From Myxococcales bacterium (GTDB lineage Bacteria > Myxococcota_A > Polyangia > Polyangiales > Houyiibacteriaceae), in contig JAOTXX010000013.1 of NCBI GenBank assembly GCA_029862185.1, positions 408 to 64,407 on the forward strand: a stretch of DNA of 64,000 nt, read 5' to 3'. The notes under the pieces are model-generated. The model made no database searches, had not been told where the DNA came from, and saw only the letters and a program-made list of their open reading frames with translations. Below, piece by piece: positions 10,501 through 18,242 of this stretch; the stretch's first letter is position 1; each line of letters begins with the position of its first letter. A program made the translations under genes and the position numbers.

Positions 10501-10604
10501 GGAAGACCAAGCGCATGTGCGCGTTCGACGAGCTCTTCGGGAAAGGATGCGCCTTCCAAAAAACTGTGGTTGCTCTTGACCCACAACGGAACGTAAGTGC
10601 TCAT
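7506..10604 (-). CDS. dnaE2: Error-prone DNA polymerase III alpha-like subunit DnaE2 (ImuC)
   Basis: 1032 aa with an N-terminal PHP domain (YVPLWVKSNHSFLEGAS..VAVTDRDGVYG), a Pol III alpha core and a C-terminal OB fold. It lies directly downstream of imuB with no gap. Confidence 0.95.
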   Translation of the reverse strand: MSTYVPLWVKSNHSFLEGASFPEELVERAHALGLPAVAVTDRDGVYGLVRAQMRAKELGVRIVTGAQLMVEIEGHAQHVVALAKTRRGYADLCRVLSLGHARCEKGTSLIHGEELAPLHDLFFLAASPEALRALHASHGPSSVFALCARHLSDHEKPKEKAMRSVAKELSVQTVGVNEVLYHDKLRRPLQDILACIREGKVLSEAGHTIYANAEHDLKPAQELERLFADDPACIRRTVEIAEQCTFSLDDLRYRYPEENLPSGHSEQGWLRDLTFRGARKRYQGKLPSDVRAQIERELQIIRKLDYGGYFLTMYEIVQYCRQRNILCQGRGSAANSAVCFCLGITAIDPVRMDLLFERFLSVERAEPPDIDLDIEHERREEVIQHVYEKYGRRRAAMVANIIRYRIRSAVRDVGKVLGLARTDLETATRLLRHRDDTFNTELLREAGLDKDAPATQQLWSLATQVLDFPRHLSIHPGGFLLGHRPVDEIVPIEPASMEARTVIQWDKYDVDNLALFKVDLLGLGALSCIHRAFDLLREHKGQDLEIATVPAEDKATYEMVSKGDTVGVFQIESRAQMAMLPRLQPRTFYDLVIEVALVRPGPIQGDMVHPYLRRRKGEEEVDYPHPKLERILKKTLGVPIFQEQVMKLAVDAAGYTAGEADQLRRDMAAWRKSGRIEKHRARMVPRMLEEGIPEEFAERVFSQIRGFGEYGFPESHAASFALLAYVTAWLRRHHHEAFTCAILNAQPMGFYSPATLVEDAKRHGVEVHPIDINKSQWDCTLFPIENEKEQSPVDAAKRRLYGVRMGLRYVKGLGVLERDRVEATKRPLPNLATFVRQTGLNKKALHALAEAGAFECFGLNRRNAIWQVRSLSRFAQDSLPLEPASSQISFASLASEDEVIWDYRSSHHSTRGHPMRGLRDALRSRGIPEASRIHGCGHGDELEYVGMVICRQRPGTASGVTFFTLEDETGFVNVVVWKQVFDRHAALAKTAALLGVTGEIQRADGVIHLIAKSLWAPDVSLAEQTHRSRDFH

Positions 10605-12086
10605 TCAATCGAGCACCCCATGCAAGAACCAGCGTCTCCTCGGACGGTCGTAGAAGAGCCAGAGCAAATCGCCGTGATCGGTTTCGGCGTAGTAGTAGTC
10701 GCGTTCGACGAGGCGCTTCCACCAGCCACCGCTCACGCGGTACGGCCCGTACAGGTGCTCGATCGCATGGTTTTTCGCGAGCGAAGGACCGGCCTGGGGC
10801 TCCTTTGGCACACGTGGAGGAAGCGGCTTGGGGCGAGCGTAAACCCGTCGAACCATGGATGAAATTGACGCTGACTCGGATTGCTCGCCGAGTCGTGCGT
10901 GCTGAATGGGCTCCCAGAGAAAAGAGGCCTCCGGCAAATGCGCTTCGCGAAGGCGTGCCTTGGTCACCGACTGTTCGCCGTACGTTGCACGGACCCGGTC
11001 GAGCGCCCGATGTGCAGTTCTCATGTCGCGACGGGGTTGATGACCGGGGAGCGCAACTTGCTCCGCCTGTGCGCGAACTGTCTTTGCAAAGACTTCCACT
11101 TCTTCGACGGCGCCTTGCAAGCTCCTCTCACCGAGTCGAAGACGAATGAGCTCGAGCAACAACATCAGATCCAAGGTCGGCGAGGCTGGCTCGATTTGTT
11201 CGTGATGCAGGGGTGCGCGTTCCAAATGGAGTGAAAGCTCGAGAGATTGGATGGATTCTCCGCGTGCGCGCACCTGATGCAGCAAGGAGTGCAAGGCGCC
11301 TTTGATTGCAAACAGCAGGCGGGTTTGATCTTTGTCGGGTGGATCGACTTGAAAAGAGATGCGGGCTGGCTCGTCGAAGACCTGTGGCTGAATCGGCAGC
11401 TGCATGTCGTCGGCAAACGAATCGTGAAATGCACTTGCACGAGCACCGAAACGGCTCAGCAGCTCTCCGGCAGGCACGGCGAGAAAATCGCCGAGCGTTT
11501 CGATACCCAACGTGCCAAGGCTTTCGCAGAGCTCCCCGGGCAAATCGAATTCACGCAGCACGGTTTTGTTCGAACGTTCGCGCTCTTCATCGGCGCTCTT
11601 CGAGATGCCGACCCCGACCTGCGCCATCGCGACCGCGAGCGCCCGCTGGCGATGAAAGCCTACCGTCACCGAGTTGCGCCAGTGCCGGGCCCGTAAATAT
11701 CGATGAATCGAGCTAGCCCAGTTGCGATAGCCGCCATAAAGTCGCCGGAGTCCTTCGGGATCGAGCTGAAACGCGCCGGCCTGATCGAACGCTTCGACCC
11801 GAGGCGAGAAGGTTTGAAGTGCTCCGATCAGCTCGCGGCAGACCTCCGAGACCTCTTCGGGCAAGACGACGGCGGTGTGCAGATTCGGCAGAAGATCACG
11901 CGCGACGGTTTGACGCATGCCGATGCGAAGGCGGCTCTTTTTTGCAAGCGCGTTGAGGTGTGTGATGCGGCCATTCGGGCCTTCGTCATCGACGACGACA
12001 ACAGGCGCAGCGCTCCAATTTGGCTTTTTACGCAACAGAATTTGCAATGGCAGCATCGGCAAAAGAACGCAGCTCACTCGTTTCAT
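10605..12086 (-). CDS. imuB: ImuB, Y-family polymerase-like mutagenesis protein
   Basis: Start taken at ATG 12086 (MKRVSCVLLPMLPLQILLRK), which forms an ATGA overlap with the imuA stop. The 235 codons upstream in the track ORF overlap imuA and are low-complexity. Position between imuA and dnaE2 supports the call. Confidence 0.85.
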   Translation of the reverse strand: MKRVSCVLLPMLPLQILLRKKPNWSAAPVVVVDDEGPNGRITHLNALAKKSRLRIGMRQTVARDLLPNLHTAVVLPEEVSEVCRELIGALQTFSPRVEAFDQAGAFQLDPEGLRRLYGGYRNWASSIHRYLRARHWRNSVTVGFHRQRALAVAMAQVGVGISKSADEERERSNKTVLREFDLPGELCESLGTLGIETLGDFLAVPAGELLSRFGARASAFHDSFADDMQLPIQPQVFDEPARISFQVDPPDKDQTRLLFAIKGALHSLLHQVRARGESIQSLELSLHLERAPLHHEQIEPASPTLDLMLLLELIRLRLGERSLQGAVEEVEVFAKTVRAQAEQVALPGHQPRRDMRTAHRALDRVRATYGEQSVTKARLREAHLPEASFLWEPIQHARLGEQSESASISSMVRRVYARPKPLPPRVPKEPQAGPSLAKNHAIEHLYGPYRVSGGWWKRLVERDYYYAETDHGDLLWLFYDRPRRRWFLHGVLD

Positions 12087-12715
12087 GACCTGCCTCGCAA
12101 ACCGGACGGAGCGACTGGGTTGATCGATGAAAGCTCGGAGGCGATTCCGACTTTGTCTTTGAGAACATGTGTGTGAACTTCGAAACGATCGGCGTGAAGA
12201 GGACCGCGTTGCGGCTCGACGCGTAAGCCAACCAAGGGACCCGAAGAAGGCTCTTCGCATGCGCTCGAAGTGAGCAAGAGAATGCGTCCGTCGTACTGAC
12301 GCAAGAGGCCTTGAAGACGACCTTGCCAGTTGACCGAAGAGCCTGGCGGGAGCGCATCGCTGAGGTCGATGACCGTCAAGCCAAACGCACCGGAACGCGC
12401 AAGCCACTCGGCCGCGCGAACCAGTGCAAACGGACCTGCATGACGCGGAACGTGAATTACGATGAACGAATCGAGTTCGACTCCCGCCGCGTCGAGGTCG
12501 GGAGGAAACAAGGCGCCGTCTTTGGGCTGTACCCAGGCGACCAACTCGGCCCGCGCCTGCGCTTGGATCACGCAGGATACGGCTGTCGTCGTTCGTGCAC
12601 AGGCATGCCGCCCCGAGACCTCGACCAGCCGCCCCTGCGGCAAGAGCTCCGAGAGCGGCAAAGCTTTGGCTCGAACATGCCGAGCCTCGAAATCGATGAC
12701 AGTCCCAAAAGCCAT
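12083..12715 (-). CDS. imuA: ImuA, RecA/SulA-like SOS mutagenesis protein
   Basis: Shows the RecA-fold-like pattern LLPQGRLVEVSG..TTTA..AWVQP..GLTVIDL. Start taken at ATG 12715 (MAFGTVIDFEAR). The track's TTG start at 12820 lies in an A/T-rich promoter and terminator region. Confidence 0.8.
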   Translation of the reverse strand: MAFGTVIDFEARHVRAKALPLSELLPQGRLVEVSGRHACARTTTAVSCVIQAQARAELVAWVQPKDGALFPPDLDAAGVELDSFIVIHVPRHAGPFALVRAAEWLARSGAFGLTVIDLSDALPPGSSVNWQGRLQGLLRQYDGRILLLTSSACEEPSSGPLVGLRVEPQRGPLHADRFEVHTHVLKDKVGIASELSSINPVAPSGLRGRS

Positions 12716-12725
12716 GGGACCACCC

Positions 12726-12753
12726 AGTATACTGAACAAAATACCAGTGACAA
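12726..12753 (-). promoter_or_regulatory. Candidate sigma70-type promoter of imuA with an embedded LexA-like (SOS) operator
   Basis: The minus strand reads TTGTCA-CTGGTATTTTGTTCAG-TATACT-GGGTGGTCCC-ATG. This gives a -35 TTGTCA, a 16-nt spacer and a -10 TATACT. The spacer is CTG-N10-CAG and contains the GTTCAG half-site of the myxobacterial LexA motif. Only 10 nt separate the -10 from the ATG. Confidence 0.5.
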
Positions 12754-12784
12754 GAGGGACACTCTCCTCCGTCGCAACCCCTTG

Positions 12785-12831
12785 AAAACAAAAGGAAAAC
12801 AAGAGAAAGATCGCAATCAATTGTTGCGATC
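12785..12831 (-). terminator. Candidate Rho-independent terminator downstream of the cNMP-domain gene
   Basis: The minus strand forms the hairpin GATCGCAA-CAATTGA-TTGCGATC (8-bp perfect stem, 12809..12831). It is followed by the T-rich tract TTTCTCTTGTTTTCCTTTTGTTTTC. The hairpin begins 32 nt after the stop at 12863. Confidence 0.5.
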
Positions 12832-12862
12832 CTTGCCTAGGGAGCGTTGTGATCTCGGGGGC

Positions 12863-13774
12863 TTAGGGGGGTAGAGAGTGTCCCTGGTCGTGGTCGTAGA
12901 GCTGGAGGATGCCGGTGGCGAGACCTCGGAGGAAGGACATGGCCATGGTGAAGTGGTCCTCCAAGACCTCGAGGAGGAGCTCCAAATCGATGCGAAAGGC
13001 GACCAGGTCTTCGGCGACTTCGGCTCGGAACCAGCGGCGCTCATCGGCCATGGCGTCGATGGCGCCTACGGAGCCGCCGGGACCCAATTGAAAGTGCTGG
13101 TCCGGATCTGTCGCGCGGCAGTCCACGATGCCGCGGAGCGGAAGCAGAAAATAGTTACTTCGATCGCCGACGTTCCAGAGAACCTCGCCTTTGGGAAGGT
13201 GAACCTCTTGCACGTCGCGGGCGAGGTCGGCGATTGCGTCGATTTCGCTGTCGCCGAATGAAAACGTCTTTCGCAGAAATGCCATTCGTTCGACGAGATC
13301 AAAAGGTCGATCTGGAAAAGCAAATGGCTCGGCCACGGGCCCGAAGCCCGCCGTCTTGCCGAGCTTGCGTCGCGACTCGAGCACCTCACGACTCGTTCCT
13401 CGAAGCACGCGCTTCAACAAGACGAAATGATCCTCGAAGATCTCCTGCGAATCTTCGACCGTAATGGCGAGGGTCACCATGTCCTCGAGTGCAATGCAAT
13501 CGTAACCAAGCTCATCACCCGCAAGTGCGCTCACGCCACCGACCACACTGCGCGAGCCCAAACGGCGTACCGTTCTTCCATTGCGGACGATCTCACACTC
13601 GCCACTCACCACGTATTGAATCTCCATCGCAGGGACGCCCGTTTGGTAGAGGTACTCCCCCTTCGCAAAGAAGCGCTCATGCGTGTTGGCCGCGACGACC
13701 TGTGCGACTTCCACCGGCACCTCTGCCAGCGCAGGCATCGTTCGAAGGAACAAATAGCGCTGAAAGCGGTCCAT
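12863..13774 (-). CDS. Protein with two tandem cyclic-nucleotide-binding-like (CAP_ED) domains and degenerate phosphate-binding cassettes
   Basis: Two beta-barrel CNB-like units are present (FFAKGEYLYQTG..VVSGECEI..; LPKGEVLWNVGD..LLPLRGIVDC..). Start taken at ATG 13774 (MDRFQRYLFLRT), preceded by AAGGAA. The track start at 13873 overlaps the upstream gene. Confidence 0.75.
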   Translation of the reverse strand: MDRFQRYLFLRTMPALAEVPVEVAQVVAANTHERFFAKGEYLYQTGVPAMEIQYVVSGECEIVRNGRTVRRLGSRSVVGGVSALAGDELGYDCIALEDMVTLAITVEDSQEIFEDHFVLLKRVLRGTSREVLESRRKLGKTAGFGPVAEPFAFPDRPFDLVERMAFLRKTFSFGDSEIDAIADLARDVQEVHLPKGEVLWNVGDRSNYFLLPLRGIVDCRATDPDQHFQLGPGGSVGAIDAMADERRWFRAEVAEDLVAFRIDLELLLEVLEDHFTMAMSFLRGLATGILQLYDHDQGHSLPP

Positions 13775-13796
13775 TTGCGGTTCCTTGCGCACTTCT

Positions 13797-16448
13797 TCAG
13801 ACAAGGTTCTGCGCCTCCTGAGCTGCGCCGGAAGCTTTGTGGCCGCCGAGCTCTGCGGCATGGTGGGTTGCAATCCCGCGAATGACTTCGCTCTCGTCCT
13901 TCATCATCTGCGCCACCGCCTCATCATGGGACATCTGGCGTTCGCTGGTCCCGAGCGCCGCTGCGGCGACCCGCGCTCGCCGTGCAACCGGCTCTCCATC
14001 GTCGACGATCACGAGCACTGCTTCACGAAACGCACCCGGCAACGTCGCCTCCAACACTTCGTGGCTCGCTGCCTGCAGCCTGTTGTTCTCGCTCGTGACC
14101 CCTCGCCAAACCAAGGCGAAGTTCTCTTCGGGATGCCTCAGGCCCATCAGCGAGAAGGCCCGCTCGAGCGTTGCCCGTTCTTTGTCTTGAAGGGCGACGC
14201 GGAGAAGCTCGGCGTCGGGCGTTTCCGCGATGCCATCAGTTTCGATTGCCGAGCGCCACTGAAGAAGCTGCACGACGCGCACCAAGCTCGCACGAAGCTG
14301 TTCCTCCAAGAGCGCGTCGTCGAGGACCGTCGACGGATTGCTTGCTTGCAGGCGGCCAAGGGCTCGAAGAATCCTCAAACGCACGCCTCCTTCGCGCTCC
14401 ATCGCCAACTGCCGAAGTAAAATGTCTGCCGCGGCCTGTGGATCGAAAAGAATGATCGTGTGCGGAATGCGACGGCGCACCTTTCGGGGGGTCGACGGGT
14501 CCGCAAGCGCCTCGTCGAGCGCGGCCAGGGCCTCGGGCCCAATCGCAAGGACCGCCTGACGCGCATGGGCGCGCAGATCCGAGCTCCCCAAGAGCGGCAA
14601 GAGGTGCGGCAGATATCTCGGGTCTGGGCTTCCCTCCATGGCGCGCAGCGTCTCGATACGCACCGAGTCGTCGTCACTCGCAATCAGCTTGATGAGGGTT
14701 TCGTGAAAGACCGACCCGCCCTCGTGTCGAATCGCCCGGGCGAGAGACGACTGAGTCTGTGGGTTTCCCGCACCGATCCATTCGTCCAACTTCGCCGCCG
14801 ACACTCCGCTGCCGTTTCTCCCATCATCATTCATGCCGAGCAGCCCCACCAAAGCGGTGGCTCGAACGATCGAGGCTTCGAGATCGAGCTTTTCTTCGAG
14901 CAGCTTTCGATTCGGATCGGCCGCCGTGAGCGCGCGGAGCGCTGCTGCGCGAATGTCTGGCTCCTCATCTGAAAGCATGCGTCGTGCGACCGGAATGAAA
15001 CGGAGATCCGAGGCTTCTGCGAACGCTTCGAGCGCACGGCTCCGCACTTCGACTGAGGGATGATAGAGTAGCAGCACCGGCATCGAGTCGGTTCGTCCGT
15101 GTCGATCGAAGATGTCGATGGCGGCGAGCACTTCGGTATCCTGATCGCTGTTCAAGGCGCTGAGCAGAACGTCCAGCGAATGCCGATCCAGCTCCTCGAG
15201 CTCGAGTCGCGTGTCGATGACGCCATGCCGGAGTCGCGCGCGAAACTGATCGACGTACTGACGACGCGTCGACATGATTGCAAGGAGCCAACCGATGACG
15301 AGGAACAGCAGCGAAAGAGCGAGTTGGCGAGTCGTTAGGCCTACGCCGACCGCCGCAATGATCAGCAAGGATGCCATCGCTTGCCCAACGCGATGCCCGA
15401 ACACCTCGATGAGCCCCTTGGCCCGCTCCCGCCGCCTGCTGCCGAGCGGCAGATAGAGCACTTCGACAGCGCTTCGATAGAGCGTGTGCCGTAAGCTTCC
15501 ATCGACGGCCTTCACGGCCACCGCAAACGGGAGAATTGGCCCGAGTGCGAGGCCCAGCGCACCGCCGAAGATCAGCACCGGCAGCAGCGCAGAGCTTCGG
15601 TGGGCGCCGAAAGCACGCAAAAGCCAGCCCGCGCCGATGAGCTGCACCAGCAGGGCCACGCTGTTTAGACCCAGGTAGAAGCGCGCGAAGAATGGACCGA
15701 GGCGATCCGGCGCGATCTGAGCGGCCACGGTACTCTTGAAAATGAAGTCGACGATGGTGAGCGCGATGGTCCCCACCAGGACGAACGTGAGGACGCGCGT
15801 GAGATAGCTGTCCCGAAGAAGCCAGCGTAGCGAAGGACCTGGCTCGGACCTCGGCGGTTCCGCATGGGCCCCGCTCGACATTTGCCAGAGAAACGGCGTC
15901 GCCGCGGCCAGCGCCCAGACCGCGGCGGCCGTGAAGACCAGCGCAATCGGTGGAGCGAGGCGGAGCACGCCTTCCGACAGCAGAGACCCCAGCGTAGCGC
16001 CGACCACGCCGCCTGCTGCAATCGCTGGAAAGATGCGTTTGGCCTGCGTGACGGTCACGGCGTCGTCGAGCAAGAGCCAGAACTCGATCAGCACGACGGT
16101 GATCAACAATCCGGTCCAAACGTACAAGCCAAACGGCGCCCAGGCGCCGAGCTGTTCGAGGAGTGCCCAGAAGCCAAGCGTCACGATCGCGCCAACGACG
16201 AGGGACGCCGACAAGAGCAACCTTCGATCCCGCACGTGGCGAAGAACCTGCTCGTGGATTTTCAGCTCGAGGATCGCGAGCACGGCAATGGCCAGGTAGG
16301 CGCGGGGCAGATGGTTCGCCGGCAAGCTCGTCAAGAAGAGCGTATCGCGCGCCGTCTCCATGACCGAATGCGCGGCCATGATCGCCAGCAGGCCGATGAA
16401 GCCCACAGCCAGGTTTCGGCGATCCTCTCGGCGAACGGAAAAGCGCAT
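13797..16448 (-). CDS. Polytopic MFS/nucleotide-transporter (TLC/NTT)-like membrane domain fused to a C-terminal HEAT-repeat domain
   Basis: 883 aa. The N-terminal ~420 aa has about 11-12 TM helices with TLC-like features (ETARDTLFLT, FWLLLDDAVTVTQAKRIFPAIAAGGVVGATLG). The C-terminal ~450 aa consists of repeated HEAT/PBS-lyase-like helices (EVRSRALEAF, DIRAAALRAL, SVRIETLRAM, LRAHARQAVLAIG). Confidence 0.7.
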   Translation of the reverse strand: MRFSVRREDRRNLAVGFIGLLAIMAAHSVMETARDTLFLTSLPANHLPRAYLAIAVLAILELKIHEQVLRHVRDRRLLLSASLVVGAIVTLGFWALLEQLGAWAPFGLYVWTGLLITVVLIEFWLLLDDAVTVTQAKRIFPAIAAGGVVGATLGSLLSEGVLRLAPPIALVFTAAAVWALAAATPFLWQMSSGAHAEPPRSEPGPSLRWLLRDSYLTRVLTFVLVGTIALTIVDFIFKSTVAAQIAPDRLGPFFARFYLGLNSVALLVQLIGAGWLLRAFGAHRSSALLPVLIFGGALGLALGPILPFAVAVKAVDGSLRHTLYRSAVEVLYLPLGSRRRERAKGLIEVFGHRVGQAMASLLIIAAVGVGLTTRQLALSLLFLVIGWLLAIMSTRRQYVDQFRARLRHGVIDTRLELEELDRHSLDVLLSALNSDQDTEVLAAIDIFDRHGRTDSMPVLLLYHPSVEVRSRALEAFAEASDLRFIPVARRMLSDEEPDIRAAALRALTAADPNRKLLEEKLDLEASIVRATALVGLLGMNDDGRNGSGVSAAKLDEWIGAGNPQTQSSLARAIRHEGGSVFHETLIKLIASDDDSVRIETLRAMEGSPDPRYLPHLLPLLGSSDLRAHARQAVLAIGPEALAALDEALADPSTPRKVRRRIPHTIILFDPQAAADILLRQLAMEREGGVRLRILRALGRLQASNPSTVLDDALLEEQLRASLVRVVQLLQWRSAIETDGIAETPDAELLRVALQDKERATLERAFSLMGLRHPEENFALVWRGVTSENNRLQAASHEVLEATLPGAFREAVLVIVDDGEPVARRARVAAAALGTSERQMSHDEAVAQMMKDESEVIRGIATHHAAELGGHKASGAAQEAQNLV

Positions 16449-16521
16449 CTTTCAGCCGCAACCTAACGTCAAAACAGGCCCAGGCACATTTCTACTGTGT
16501 TCAGCGCGCCGGACAAGTGAG

Positions 16522-17421
16522 CTAGCCACGACGCAGCGCTTCCAGCTCCTCCACCGAGCGCGGCCAGTCTCCCTTGAGGAGCCTCGATAGCGCGCGGTCG
16601 GCCAGAAGCTTCCCGCCGGTTTGGCATGTCGCACAGTAGTTGGTTTCGCGCTGTGCAAACACAATCCGCTGAATCGGGTCGCCGCAGGTCGGGCAGGGCT
16701 TGCCGTACTTGCCGTGAGCGGCCATCTTCGGGCGAAACGCGGTCACCTTCTCCGGAAACGCTTCGCCATGTTGCTCGATTAGGTGCGCCAACCACTCCGA
16801 GAGCACCTCCCGGGTCGCTGCGTGCAGGCGTGCGAGCTGCCCCTCCGTCATGCGCGTCGTCCAAACGAGCGGCGAGAGTCGGGCCCTGTGCAGGATTTCA
16901 TCCGAGTATGCATTGCCAATTCCACTGAAAATCCGCGGGTCGGTCAAGGCGCGCTTCACGGTGTGATTTCGCTCGCGCAACGCCGCACTGAAACTCGCGA
17001 AGTCGACCTCGAGCGGCTCGATTCCGCCAGGGTCATGCTCGCGCAGCGCTCCTTCACCGCGGCACAGGTGTAGGGCGGCCCGCTTCTTCTTGCTGGCCTC
17101 GGTCAGCAAGAGCGTCCCGTCTTCGAAGTCGAACGCGGCGAGTCCCAGGCGGGCGGCGATCTTGTGCCCAGGCGATTTCCAGCGGAACCGGCCGGCGATC
17201 ATCAGATGAATCACGATGTAAATCTCGTCCTCGAGACCAAGCACGATGCGTTTGCCGAGCCGGCGCAGCTCGCGCACCCGTTTCCCCGCCACCTCGTCGA
17301 CCGAAGGCTCGACCGTCCTCAGCAGGAATGGCGATGCGATCCGCACGCCCAGGAGTGTCTTGTCGAGCACACGCGGCCGCAACGCGTGAAGGTAGAGCTC
17401 GACGTCGGGCAACTCGGGCAT
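16522..17421 (-). CDS. Fpg/Nei-family DNA glycosylase / AP lyase
   Basis: N-terminal catalytic MPELPDVE, an H2TH region GIGNAYSDEILHRARLSP, and a C-terminal zinc finger CPTCGDPIQ..NYCATCQ. Confidence 0.9.
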   Translation of the reverse strand: MPELPDVELYLHALRPRVLDKTLLGVRIASPFLLRTVEPSVDEVAGKRVRELRRLGKRIVLGLEDEIYIVIHLMIAGRFRWKSPGHKIAARLGLAAFDFEDGTLLLTEASKKKRAALHLCRGEGALREHDPGGIEPLEVDFASFSAALRERNHTVKRALTDPRIFSGIGNAYSDEILHRARLSPLVWTTRMTEGQLARLHAATREVLSEWLAHLIEQHGEAFPEKVTAFRPKMAAHGKYGKPCPTCGDPIQRIVFAQRETNYCATCQTGGKLLADRALSRLLKGDWPRSVEELEALRRG

Positions 17422-17423
17422 GA

Positions 17424-18242
17424 TTATCGGAAACGAGGGTCGAGCCGGTCTCGCAACCAGTCACCGGTGAGATTGAAGCCCAGCACGCTGAGCGCGATCG
17501 CTCCGCCAGAGAAGAGGGCCACGTGCGGAAAGCGGAGCAGCACACTCGTCCCCTGGTCGAGCAATGCGCCCCAGGAAACGGCTTTCCCGGGCCCAAGGCC
17601 CAGAAACGAAAGCGTCGATTCAGCCAAGATCACCACCCCTAGACCAGTCGTCGCCTGAATGACGAGGGGGCCTAGCAGGTTTGGAATCACGTGCCGGCGC
17701 AGGACTTGGTGCGTTGGTATGCCGAGCGCTCGCGCCGCTTCGACGAACTCGCGCTCTCTCAGCGTGAGGGTTTCGGCACGCGCCAGTCGCGCATAGAGCA
17801 CCCAACCATTGACCGCGAGCGCGGCGATCAAGTGCATTAGGCCGGGCCGCGCGACCAGTGCAAGCACGGCGATGTTCAACACGATTGCGGGAAACGCTTG
17901 CACGAGGTCCGCGATCCCAGTGACGGCGTGGTCGGTCAGGCGCCCTGCATAGCCTGCCCAGGTCCCGAGCAAAGTGCCGATCAGCACCGACACCCCGACG
18001 ACGACCACGCCCACGATCGCAGCGAGCCGCGCGCCGTGAAGCAAGGCGCTCAGGATGTCGATCCCGTTGTCGCCGGTACCCAGCAGATGCGTCCAGGATG
18101 GAGGTTCGTACTCGTGCAGGAGGTCGATCGCGAGCGGGTCGTAGGGTGCGACCCAGGGGCCGATGAGCCCCAGCACGAAGAAGCCGATTACGATCGCCAA
18201 ACCGAGCGGCGTCTTTCGAAGGCGGGCGCGAACTTTGCTCAT
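17424..18242 (-). CDS. ABC transporter permease, DppC/OppC type
   Basis: Start taken at ATG 18242 (MSKVRARLRKTPLGLAIVIGFF), forming an ATGA overlap with the upstream permease gene. It has 6 TM helices and the EAA loop EFVEAARALGIPTHQVLRRHVIPN. Confidence 0.85.
   Translation of the reverse strand: MSKVRARLRKTPLGLAIVIGFFVLGLIGPWVAPYDPLAIDLLHEYEPPSWTHLLGTGDNGIDILSALLHGARLAAIVGVVVVGVSVLIGTLLGTWAGYAGRLTDHAVTGIADLVQAFPAIVLNIAVLALVARPGLMHLIAALAVNGWVLYARLARAETLTLREREFVEAARALGIPTHQVLRRHVIPNLLGPLVIQATTGLGVVILAESTLSFLGLGPGKAVSWGALLDQGTSVLLRFPHVALFSGGAIALSVLGFNLTGDWLRDRLDPRFR

Noticed and set aside
14965-16461. 498-aa same-strand, alternate-frame ORF inside the NTT-HEAT gene. Similar cases are 39892..41034 inside the CPA gene, 28265..29491 antisense to mvk, and 38428..39855 antisense to trkA.
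   Set aside because: These are Arg/Gly/Ala/Pro-rich frames that overlap ORFs with coherent TM or domain architecture. They are GC-driven open frames, not genes.
16488-16505. CTACTGTGTTCAGCG upstream of the NTT-HEAT gene, which contains the GTTCAG half-site seen in the imuA operator.
   Set aside because: Only one half-site is present, with no CTG-N10-CAG symmetry and at least 4 mismatches to the 17-mer motif. This is probably chance.
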